NCBI GenBank assembly: GCA_028281605.1
Contig: JANQJO010000060.1
Location: 5 to 64,004 of the forward strand
DNA length: 64,000 nucleotides
Direction: 5' to 3'
Source of the DNA: Pseudomonadales bacterium
Lineage (GTDB): Bacteria > Pseudomonadota > Gammaproteobacteria > Pseudomonadales > JANQJO01
Every line of letters begins with the position of its first letter. Within the stretch, counting starts at the first letter, position 1. Under the pieces are notes generated by a model. That model saw only the letters and a list, made by a program, of their open reading frames with translations. It had not been told where the DNA came from and searched no databases. Made by a program: the position numbers and the translations under genes. This document shows positions 20,649-28,740 of the stretch, piece by piece.

Positions 20649-21956
20649 TTAGGGGCCAACATTTCGAGCGATCTCGCTGAGTAGACTGGTCCAGGCTCGT
20701 AGAGCGTTGGTGCTACCTGTCCAAGCCGCACTTGCTTCACCTTGGATTTGTTGCAGACGAATGCTGTCTCGTTGGTTTTCAGTAGTGATGCTTTCTTGAA
20801 CGCTCTGTAGTGCTTGAATTGCTACATCTATTTGGGCTTTTGTGATGGTTGTTGGCTCTCCATCTTGAGGGGGTTCTATGCCTAAACCGCCGTCTTCGGG
20901 ACGGTCGTAGATGGTCGCATCACCAGGTCTGCTGTTTTGAACTTCGATTAGGAGATTCTCTACGCTTTCAGGGATTTCGACCCTTTCATTTCCGTGAACT
21001 GTATCGTCGCTCTTAAATTGACTTTTTAAGGCTTCTAATTGGGTTTTAGCATCATTGTATCGGTCGAGATCTTTGTTTTTACCCTCAAGAATCTTAATAC
21101 GGCCTTCTAACACTTTTTGATCGGCTTCTGCAATGATCAAAAAGACCAAAAAAACCAGCTGTAGGGTTGTTAGCCCCTGACCAAGGCTATCTTGGATTTG
21201 TGAGAAGAGGCCAGAGTCATTTTGTAGAGCGTTTGCTATGTCTTCTGCAGATTCACCTTCGGCTGTTCTTTTGAGGACTTCTTCTTCGACGTCGGTTGGA
21301 ATTTCGTCATCACCAATGCCTAAGATTTCTCTTATCTCTTCAGAGACTTGACTGACTGCCTCTTCAAGGTCGACTAGGGCTTCTTTATACGCTTCGACAG
21401 TACTTACTCCTTCACCTGTGTAAGTACCAGAACCAATCTCGTTACCGTCTTGATCAAATATGACTACTTCATCTCCTCTGACCTCCCATGTTGCATCGGG
21501 TGGAATTTGATCGTAACCTGAATCAGGGTCAATTTTAATGTTTTCAGCGTTGTGTTCAACTGATAGCAGAGCCAGTAATTGCTCTTCATTAATAGCTAAC
21601 AATTGTTCTGTGGTCATTTCACCCATATAAGGTGCTAGTATCATCAGTTGTTCTGGGCTCATTTCGCTGATATCACTGGCAGAGATAAAGAGAATATCTC
21701 CAGCATTTGATATTTCTTTAAGCCTTGTTTTTAGTTGAGTTGGTGTTAAATCAAGGAGGCCGTTTAGTAAATTAGGTCTGGAAGGATTTTCTTTTTGGTC
21801 GGCATTGACTGTATCATCTGTGCTATCTGTATCTGTATCTGTACTGCTTGTAGCTGCAGCTTCGGCTTGTGCTTTATGCACAGCAGTACTGGTATTTATT
21901 GAGGCAGATGATGAGAAGCCTGTGTTACCATATGATGTGTCGGTACCAAGTGCCAT
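20649..21956 (-). CDS. acidic hypothetical protein with one central hydrophobic segment and C-terminal coiled coil
   Basis: 435-aa ORF with no signal peptide. D/E/T-rich N-terminus (TDTDTDSTDD), TM-like LTTLQLVFLVFLIIAEA, then heptad-like region. Confidence 0.55.
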   Translation of the reverse strand: MALGTDTSYGNTGFSSSASINTSTAVHKAQAEAAATSSTDTDTDSTDDTVNADQKENPSRPNLLNGLLDLTPTQLKTRLKEISNAGDILFISASDISEMSPEQLMILAPYMGEMTTEQLLAINEEQLLALLSVEHNAENIKIDPDSGYDQIPPDATWEVRGDEVVIFDQDGNEIGSGTYTGEGVSTVEAYKEALVDLEEAVSQVSEEIREILGIGDDEIPTDVEEEVLKRTAEGESAEDIANALQNDSGLFSQIQDSLGQGLTTLQLVFLVFLIIAEADQKVLEGRIKILEGKNKDLDRYNDAKTQLEALKSQFKSDDTVHGNERVEIPESVENLLIEVQNSRPGDATIYDRPEDGGLGIEPPQDGEPTTITKAQIDVAIQALQSVQESITTENQRDSIRLQQIQGEASAAWTGSTNALRAWTSLLSEIARNVGP

Positions 21957-22222
21957 TGACTTACCTCAAGTTATATTTGCTTATCCGCTTGATTACTATC
22001 TAAAGTGTATTCTTTAAATCTGTTAATTTTTATTTTAAGTGGGGTAAGAAGAATAATGGATATAACTATTGTTATAAAATGCCCTTTGAACTCGAAAAAT
22101 AGTAACTGCAATGAGTACTTTTTTGCTTTATTGTCTTTGGCTTATAGATGAACCTATAGGACTTTTGTTATACTGGCACGGTTTGCGGTTTGTCTAATTT
22201 TTTAGAGTGAGGGTTGTTTTTA

Positions 22223-22609
22223 ATGAGTTATTCAATGTATTTGAAAGCTTACCGGCGTCATAGTTTAAGCTTTTTTTTCTTGAGTTTTGTGGTTTTTGTG
22301 ATGTCTGGCTGTGCTCCGGCTTTGCTTGCAGGTGGCGCTGCGGCTGGCTATTATGTTGGCAAGGATCAACGTTCTGTGGGCGAAATCTTAGATGATGCAG
22401 GTATTACGGCTGCTATTAATGCTAAATTTGTTAAAGACCCTAATGTCAGTGCCTTTGATATTAATGTTGATACTCGTAATGGGGTTGTTACTCTTTATGG
22501 TAGTGTTGCCAATACAGATATTGAAGATCAAGCTATTTACCTTGCTCAACAAGTGAAAGGAGTTAGAAAAATCATTTCTAAGCTTACTGTAGTTCAAAAA
22601 TCAGGCTAG
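22223..22609 (+). CDS. BON-domain lipoprotein (OsmY-like)
   Basis: Lipobox VMSGC. BON motif VDTRNGVVTLYGSV...VKGVRKI. ATG at 22223 lies after GAGGG. Confidence 0.75.
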   Translation: MSYSMYLKAYRRHSLSFFFLSFVVFVMSGCAPALLAGGAAAGYYVGKDQRSVGEILDDAGITAAINAKFVKDPNVSAFDINVDTRNGVVTLYGSVANTDIEDQAIYLAQQVKGVRKIISKLTVVQKSG

Positions 22610-23601
22610 GGTGCGGTTGTGAGTTCTAATATACGGTTGGACTGTTGGTTTTTAGTAAAAAGTTGTGATTGTAAATGTAGGAACATGAGACATTCGCTGA
22701 GTATCATTTGTGAGCATTTTTTGAATTGTAAATTAAACAGTACATGTTGGCTATGGGGGTGTTGTTCACGATCAAAAAAAGCTGTTGCGTAAGGGTGTTC
22801 CATGTCTTTGAGCCGATTTGCAAGTAAAGTTGATTGTGAGAATAAAGGGTCGGCTTCGCCTGCTGCAATAAAAATAGGGGGCAATTGGTAGTGTAGGTAA
22901 CGAATTGGAGAGGCCAGAGGTATCCACTCTTCGTAAAGATCATCATGGCTTTGGCCAAATAACATAGCATGCCAGTAGCGCATCAACGGCAGATGAGCGA
23001 ATATGCCATGATCTAAGTCGTAAACACCGTATAAGAGAAGCAGTCCTTTTAAGGTTTTGGTTGGCACCAGTGTTTTAAGCCCTAAAGCACTGCGTAAATA
23101 AGGGTGAGCAAGGGCTGTGCTGTAAGTGCTGATTAAGTTTGCCCCTGTTGTATCACCCATCAGAAACAAGCGCTCGTTTTGACCTTTGTAACGGTCGGCC
23201 TGCTGGTATATCCAGTGAGCTGCCTGAGCAATGTCTTGCACTTGATCACCGTAGGTGTATTTGGGAGCCAGTCTGTAGTTGATGTTAAAGACTAGGTAGC
23301 CGTAACTGGCTATTTTTCTGCAAACGGCACTGCACAGAGATTTATCTCCAGCAACAAAACTACCACCGTGAACGTAGATGACTACAGGGCTAGTCGTGTC
23401 AGTTTGTTTGTCCTGGCCGTTTGTTTTTGGTTGAAATATGTCCAGAACTTGTTCGCTGTGTGGCCCATAGCTGATGTTGGTGAGGCTTTTAACATTATGA
23501 ATGTGAGGATTTAGAACCAGTTGACGGTATTTAGTAAATACTTCTAGGGGTTGGTACAGCGTTTTGAGGGTATAGCCCAATATTGGTGAAATAACTTTCA
23601 T
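22606..23601 (-). CDS. alpha/beta hydrolase (HSL/esterase-like)
   Basis: HGG oxyanion motif (VIYVHGGSF). The nucleophile-elbow-like segment reads GDTTGAN where GDSAG is usual. Confidence 0.7.
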   Translation of the reverse strand: MKVISPILGYTLKTLYQPLEVFTKYRQLVLNPHIHNVKSLTNISYGPHSEQVLDIFQPKTNGQDKQTDTTSPVVIYVHGGSFVAGDKSLCSAVCRKIASYGYLVFNINYRLAPKYTYGDQVQDIAQAAHWIYQQADRYKGQNERLFLMGDTTGANLISTYSTALAHPYLRSALGLKTLVPTKTLKGLLLLYGVYDLDHGIFAHLPLMRYWHAMLFGQSHDDLYEEWIPLASPIRYLHYQLPPIFIAAGEADPLFSQSTLLANRLKDMEHPYATAFFDREQHPHSQHVLFNLQFKKCSQMILSECLMFLHLQSQLFTKNQQSNRILELTTAP

Positions 23602-23697
23602 TGTGTGTCCGTACTGTATGAAGTTTTTAAAGTGTTTAACAACGATTATACCTGTTTACAAACCAGCCTTGAATATAGGGCGTGTTGAAAGTTTCAT

Positions 23698-23723
23698 AAA
23701 TTGGGGTTCGAGGACTAGCCGAA
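23698..23723 (+). repeat. left inverted repeat flanking the TA module (inverted copy of the lpxB 3-prime end)
   Basis: AAATTGGGGTTCGAGGACTAGCCGAA is about 24/26 identical to the reverse complement of 24513-24538. It also forms the hairpin TTGGGGTTCG-N9-CGAACCCCAA. Confidence 0.8.
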
Positions 23724-23755
23724 CCCCAAATCGCAACAGAAAACATTGAGTCTGC

Positions 23756-24157
23756 TTAATCCTCAGAAAACAAGCGCTTGGCAAGTGCTAGGTAATCGAT
23801 CACAGTGACGGCCTCGATTGTTGTACCATAGAGGTGCCCAAAATCCTTCTTATCCCCTGTCAATAAATAATCGCATTGATGGGCAATGGCTGCACCGAGA
23901 ATGGGTCTATCCTTTTCCGTCAACGTCACGTCGGCTTGTAAAGGCACACTCGGCAGACAGGCTATCTTCGTTGTAATATCTAAAAAGCTGGTATACCACT
24001 GAGGACGCTTACGCCGAATATTACGACGTGCTTCCTCATGGGCATAATCACTGGTCACCAAAGTATGCGTATCAGCGAGCCGTTGAATAAATCGGTGAAT
24101 ATTACTGCTAGGATTGCTGGCCGAAAACAAAACATTCGCATCAAGAAAAAGCTTCAT
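23756..24157 (-). CDS. PIN-domain toxin (VapC-like)
   Basis: MKLFLDANVLF, ...LLTGDKKDF. Acidic PIN residues are present. Confidence 0.75.
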   Translation of the reverse strand: MKLFLDANVLFSASNPSSNIHRFIQRLADTHTLVTSDYAHEEARRNIRRKRPQWYTSFLDITTKIACLPSVPLQADVTLTEKDRPILGAAIAHQCDYLLTGDKKDFGHLYGTTIEAVTVIDYLALAKRLFSED

Positions 24158-24167
24158 GTAAAGAATC

Positions 24168-24410
24168 TCAGTGCGCTTTATCTAAAAAATCACCAAGTGC
24201 CTCATCTTGCTCAGCAAATTCAGCAATACGCTCTTCGCTATACATCTCAATTGGAAACACCGCCGCAGGTCGTAACACAATTTCTCCGGCCTCATTGATC
24301 TGCGCAATCAACTGCTGCTTACCTAAAAGCCCCAACTCCTTACGAAAAGAAGCCGGCAGGGTTAAGGTACCACGCTCAGTCAAAGGGATAATTTCTTCTT
24401 TCATAGACAT
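24168..24410 (-). CDS. AbrB/SpoVT-type antitoxin (VapB-like)
   Basis: ERGTLTLPASFRKELGL looped-hinge-helix motif. Lies directly upstream of the PIN gene. Confidence 0.7.
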   Translation of the reverse strand: MSMKEEIIPLTERGTLTLPASFRKELGLLGKQQLIAQINEAGEIVLRPAAVFPIEMYSEERIAEFAEQDEALGDFLDKAH

Positions 24411-24512
24411 AAAACTAGCATATTTACCGTATTACTGCAATATAGTATTCAAGAAATACCGCAAATTAATATAAAACAACCCGTTTGACGGCGGTTCAAC
24501 TTGTACTTTTCG

Positions 24513-24538
24513 TTCGGTTAGTCCTCGAACCCCAAATT
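24513..24538 (-). repeat. right inverted repeat (native lpxB 3-prime end including stop codon)
   Basis: TTCGGTTAGTCCTCGAACCCCAAATT, the partner of 23698-23723. Confidence 0.8.
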
Positions 24539-25678
24539 GGCCAAAATCGCATCTGCAGCTTTTTGACCCGCATTTAATCGTAAAGAGTGGTGAATAGTGG
24601 TAAATGTTTCATTGCACTCTTGTGATAAGCCTTCTTGTAGCTGTTGCAGTACCAGTGGCGTAATTTGTGTGGCTGTACATTGATTTTGTATTAACTCTGG
24701 CACCAATGCTTTGCCGGCTAATAAGTTTGGTAGAGAGACAAAAGGTACTTTAATGCGTGGTGCAATTAAGGCATGTGTGAGTGGGTGCCATTTATAAGCA
24801 ACTACCATGGGTTTTTTGAGTAACATTGCTTCTAAAGTGGCTGTTCCTGAAGCCAACAGAACGGTATCTGCGGCTCGCATTGCGTCGATGCTTTGTCCCT
24901 CAATACAATGTACTTTTTCTTTAAGCTTGGCACTTTGTGTGTTTAGGGTTTGTAAAAACTGTTGTTGTCTGGCTGTATTGACCAGCGGTACTAAAAAATG
25001 CACTTCAGGCAATTGGTTTGAAATTTGTTGCATGGCGGCGATAAAAACCGGTGCTAAATATTTCAGTTCACCTCTCCTGGAACCTGGCAGTACAGCTACA
25101 ATTTTTGCTGTTGGTGACAGTCCAAATAAGCTGCGTGCAGTTGTTGGATCTTGTGCTTGAACTGGAATTTGGTCTGCAAAACTGTGTCCAATGCAGTGAC
25201 AGGGCATTTGATGTTCATCATAAAAGGCTTTTTCAAAAGGAAATAATGCTAACATGATGTCTATTGTTTTTTTAATGTTGTGTATGCGCTTGCTGCGCCA
25301 GGCCCATACACTGGGGCTGACAACATGCACTGTTGGAATGTTGCTTAAGTGTTTCACCTTGCTGGCAAGCCCTAAATTAAAATCTGGTGCATCTATGCCT
25401 ATAAAAGCGGTAGGGTTGAGTGCAACAATGCGGGTTGCCAGTTCTTTACGTAATAACAATAAGCGGGGTAGTTGAGCTAGTACTTCCGTGATGCCCATCA
25501 CGGATAAAGATTCTAAAGGATACCACACTTCTAAACCAGCGGCTTGCATGGCTGCACCACCAATGCCGTAAAACCTGGCTTGTGGGCACTGAGACTTAAT
25601 TGCTTGTATGATTTGTGCGGCTAATAAGTCGCCTGAGATTTCTCCTGCAACTAGAACATAGGTGTGTTCAGAGTTCAT
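24518..25678 (-). CDS. lpxB: lipid-A-disaccharide synthase
   Basis: VAGEISGDLLAA N-terminus and conserved position after lpxA. ATG at 25678 chosen. Confidence 0.9.
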   Translation of the reverse strand: MNSEHTYVLVAGEISGDLLAAQIIQAIKSQCPQARFYGIGGAAMQAAGLEVWYPLESLSVMGITEVLAQLPRLLLLRKELATRIVALNPTAFIGIDAPDFNLGLASKVKHLSNIPTVHVVSPSVWAWRSKRIHNIKKTIDIMLALFPFEKAFYDEHQMPCHCIGHSFADQIPVQAQDPTTARSLFGLSPTAKIVAVLPGSRRGELKYLAPVFIAAMQQISNQLPEVHFLVPLVNTARQQQFLQTLNTQSAKLKEKVHCIEGQSIDAMRAADTVLLASGTATLEAMLLKKPMVVAYKWHPLTHALIAPRIKVPFVSLPNLLAGKALVPELIQNQCTATQITPLVLQQLQEGLSQECNETFTTIHHSLRLNAGQKAADAILANLGFED

Positions 25679-25679
25679 A

Positions 25680-26474
25680 TTATCTGACAATACCTCGCTG
25701 AGAGCTTTGCAATGTGGAAATAAACAGTTGTAATTCTGCTGAACGAGGCTCAAGCTGTTTTAGTTTAAGAATGGCTTGCTCTAAACTAATGCCTTGCTTG
25801 TAGACAATTTTATAAGCTGTACGCAGCTGCATAATCAGCTTAGGGTCTAGGCCTCTGCGTCTCATGTTTTCGAAGTTCATTCCTCTGGCTTTGGCCATAT
25901 TGCCTTGTACTAAGACAAAAGCAGGCACATCTTTGTTAATCGCGGTGCACATGCCTGACATACTGTAAGACCCGATTTGACAAAATTGGTGCACGGCTGT
26001 AAACCCGCCTAAAATGGCGTGATCTTGTACTATGACATGACCGGCTATGGTTGCGTTGTTAGCAAAAATAGTATGGTTACCAATAACACAATCGTGTGCT
26101 ATATGTACATATGCCATAAAAAGGTTATGGTTGCCGATGGTGGTTTCGCTACGATCTTGTACGGTTCCTCTTTGTAAGGTTACAAATTCACGTACAATGT
26201 TGTTGTCCCCCATGACTAAGCGCGTGGGTTCTCCTTTGTATTTTTTATCTTGGCAGGCTTCTCCTATTGAGGAAAATTGAAAGAAACGATTACCTTTGCC
26301 AATGTGAGTAGGGCCTTGAATCACGACGTGTGGCCCTATGACTGAACCTGAATCAATTTGTACACCAGCTCCAATGACGCAATAGGGACCGACCTCAACA
26401 TCGCTGGCTAGTTGTGCTTTTGGGTCAATGATGGCCGTTGGGTGAATGGATGAGGGTAATGATACGTGAGTCAA
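25680..26474 (-). CDS. lpxA: acyl-ACP--UDP-GlcNAc O-acyltransferase
   Basis: Hexapeptide repeats, IHPTAIIDP start, conserved lpxD-fabZ-lpxA-lpxB order. Confidence 0.92.
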   Translation of the reverse strand: MTHVSLPSSIHPTAIIDPKAQLASDVEVGPYCVIGAGVQIDSGSVIGPHVVIQGPTHIGKGNRFFQFSSIGEACQDKKYKGEPTRLVMGDNNIVREFVTLQRGTVQDRSETTIGNHNLFMAYVHIAHDCVIGNHTIFANNATIAGHVIVQDHAILGGFTAVHQFCQIGSYSMSGMCTAINKDVPAFVLVQGNMAKARGMNFENMRRRGLDPKLIMQLRTAYKIVYKQGISLEQAILKLKQLEPRSAELQLFISTLQSSQRGIVR

Positions 26475-26530
26475 GTTGAAATGTCCTTTTCTGCCGCTTT
26501 CTCTGTATACTCTATGCGTTCAACACGCGT

Positions 26531-27016
26531 CTAACATGCATCCAACGTTTTTTTTTCTGCTGCTTTTTCTGCTACTACTTTTTCTGCTACTAAAAGCTCT
26601 GCTTCGGCAACCAATTGGTCTTCAACTTCAGCTTTGCAGTCAAAGACCCAAAGCCCTCTTTTTTTACTGACTTTTCGGGCGTATAACCATAATTGATCTC
26701 CTGGTAATACAGGTCTGCGAAAACGCGCTTTGTTGATACCAGCGATCATATACAAAGAGCCTACAATATCATTGTAAGGGGGCTCTCCTATGGTTTTAAA
26801 TCCTAAAACACCACATGCTTGTGCTAACGCTTCTATAATGAGCACCCCTGGCATCACTGGGTTTTCAGGGAAGTGGCCTTGAAAAAAAGGTTCATTAATA
26901 CTCAAATTTTTGTAAGCCTTAATGGATTCATTTTCAATGCACTCTACTACCCGGTCAACAAATAGAAAAGGGTAACGGTGTGGTAAATACTGTGTGATCG
27001 TGTTGATATCTGTCAT
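26531..27016 (-). CDS. fabZ: 3-hydroxyacyl-ACP dehydratase FabZ with a short K/E/A-rich C-terminal tail
   Basis: [29 protein letters not shown]. The tail [13 protein letters not shown] is encoded by imperfect tandem repeats of 12-15 nt (core TTTTTCTGCT) at about 26548-26593. Confidence 0.92.
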   Translation of the reverse strand: MTDINTITQYLPHRYPFLFVDRVVECIENESIKAYKNLSINEPFFQGHFPENPVMPGVLIIEALAQACGVLGFKTIGEPPYNDIVGSLYMIAGINKARFRRPVLPGDQLWLYARKVSKKRGLWVFDCKAEVEDQLVAEAELLVAEKVVAEKAAEKKTLDAC

Positions 27017-27035
27017 TATCTTTTGTTTACACTTG

Positions 27036-28046
27036 TCATTTTTGGAGCCTACGTAATCGAGCAACCAGTTTGCGCCATTTTGACTGAGGCCAAAGGCCCG
27101 TACCAGAAGCGTAAGTCCCGGCTTGCTTGATGCTTTTAGTCACTTGAGCTTGCATACCGATGTGTGTGCCTTCTGCAATTGAAATATGACCAGCTAGGCC
27201 TGCTTGGCCGGCAATGGTACAGCGCTCACCAATATGAGTACTCCCAGCAATGCCGACACACCCTGCAATAGCCGAATAGGCACCAATATGGCAATTGTGT
27301 GCTATTTGAACTAGATTGTCGATAATAACACCTTCTTCAATCACTGTATTATCCAAAGCACCACGATCAATACAAGTATTGGCGCCGATTTCAACCCCAT
27401 CGCCAATGGTTAAGCCCCCTAATTGCGCAATTTTATGCCAACGCCCTTCATCAGGAGCAAAGCCAAAGCCATCGGCTCCCAGGACGGCACCGCTGTGAAT
27501 AAGGCAGTATTTGCCTATGCGTACTTTATCATAAACACTGACTCGTGGGTGCAAATGGGTTCCTTTCCTGATTTGACAATCCGCACCGACACTGATGTGG
27601 CTTCTCAGAATAACCTCAGGCCCAATTTGAGTCCTAGGACCAATGTGACAATAGGGTCCAATATACGCACTTGAGTCAACATGTGCTGTTTCGTGAATCT
27701 CGGATGATGGGTGTATACCTTTTTTGCCTTGAAGTGTGTCTTGTAAAAACCAATGAGAGGCCTGAGCATAGGCGTGGTAGGGGTCGGAGGTGACGATTAG
27801 GGTTGTATGATTGATGTCGGGGTAAAGGTCGTTTTCTAGACTGTCTTGGCTGATGAGCACAGCACCGGCGGCTGTTGTTTTAAGTAAGGAACGGTAGTGT
27901 TTGTTGGCTAAGAATGACAACTCGGACGCTTGAGCAGAGCGTAATGTTGCTAAACCGTACAAGACTTTTTGTGTGTTACCAATGACTTTGGCTTTTAAGC
28001 GTCTGCCAATTTCTTCAGCTGTCAGTGCTTTTGTTGGTGCTTTCAT
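27036..28046 (-). CDS. lpxD: UDP-3-O-acylglucosamine N-acyltransferase
   Basis: N-terminal LpxD domain plus hexapeptide repeats. Synteny supports the call. Confidence 0.92.
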   Translation of the reverse strand: MKAPTKALTAEEIGRRLKAKVIGNTQKVLYGLATLRSAQASELSFLANKHYRSLLKTTAAGAVLISQDSLENDLYPDINHTTLIVTSDPYHAYAQASHWFLQDTLQGKKGIHPSSEIHETAHVDSSAYIGPYCHIGPRTQIGPEVILRSHISVGADCQIRKGTHLHPRVSVYDKVRIGKYCLIHSGAVLGADGFGFAPDEGRWHKIAQLGGLTIGDGVEIGANTCIDRGALDNTVIEEGVIIDNLVQIAHNCHIGAYSAIAGCVGIAGSTHIGERCTIAGQAGLAGHISIAEGTHIGMQAQVTKSIKQAGTYASGTGLWPQSKWRKLVARLRRLQK

Positions 28047-28062
28047 GTTGGCGTTTTCATAT

Positions 28063-28569
28063 TTATTTGCTTAATTGATTGATTGTTGTAGTAATTTCTT
28101 TAGATATATCGTAGGCCTCGCCTGCATAAATCAAGGCTTGCCGGTGTAATACGATGTCATAGCCACCTTCTTGTATGACTTTTTTAACAGCCTGTTCAAA
28201 TTTTGGTTTGAGCTCTTTTACAATGGCCTGTTGTCCTTCTTGTTGTCGTTTTTGATATTTTTGAACTAAAAAATTATAATCAATGTTTTTGTCTTCTATA
28301 GTTTTGAGCAGTTTGCTTTTGGCTGTTTCAGTCATAATGGGGCCGTCGCGTTCGGCTTGTTGTTTGAGTTCTTTTAACTCATCTTGTAGTTTTTCAATTT
28401 TTTTCTGTTCTTTTTTAAGTTCTTTTTTAAGTTCGGCTAACTTTTTCTTGGCAATGTCTGATTGCATTAAAGCGACCAAATTGTCTGCCACGGCGATGTT
28501 GAAGGATGCTGCTTGAGTATGAGAGGTTGTCAACATCAAAAAGAGTAGCATGTTCACGGTAACAGCCAT
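28063..28569 (-). CDS. skp: periplasmic chaperone Skp (OmpH)
   Basis: Signal peptide, then a K/E/Q-rich coiled-coil protein between bamA and lpxD. Start is uncertain (28569 or 28551). Confidence 0.75.
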   Translation of the reverse strand: MAVTVNMLLFLMLTTSHTQAASFNIAVADNLVALMQSDIAKKKLAELKKELKKEQKKIEKLQDELKELKQQAERDGPIMTETAKSKLLKTIEDKNIDYNFLVQKYQKRQQEGQQAIVKELKPKFEQAVKKVIQEGGYDIVLHRQALIYAGEAYDISKEITTTINQLSK

Positions 28570-28740
28570 GAGCGATATCTTAAGTGTCACCCCAAGTGAT
28601 GAAAGAGGTATTTTCACGGTAGAATATAAGTTTTTCAATGGCCTGGATTGTAATGAGGTTGATAACATAGTTTGTGCTCCGTTCTGGTTGAGTTTAAAAT
28701 GAATCCTTGTAGACTGGCCTTAAGTTTGTGTTGGTTTGTG

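Noticed and set aside
20636-20653. AT-rich hairpin CCTAAATT-AA-AATTTAGG between convergent wecB and the 435-aa gene as a bidirectional terminator
   Set aside because: The stem is only 8 bp and almost all A-T, it overlaps the stop codon of the minus-strand gene, and there is no flanking U-tract. The evidence is too weak to call.
23150-23170. Ser-to-Thr change at the nucleophile elbow of the alpha/beta hydrolase (GDTTGAN instead of GDSAG)
   Set aside because: Without an alignment I cannot be sure this segment is the nucleophile elbow. It is noted in the feature evidence only.
26548-26670. Tandem repeats (12-15 nt units, core TTTTTCTGCT) at the fabZ 3-prime end, and the L/F-rich ORF 26476-26670 on the + strand
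   Set aside because: The repeat simply encodes a short K/E/A-rich tail on FabZ ([13 protein letters not shown]), and the + strand ORF is its antisense shadow. This is low-complexity expansion with no evidence of separate function.
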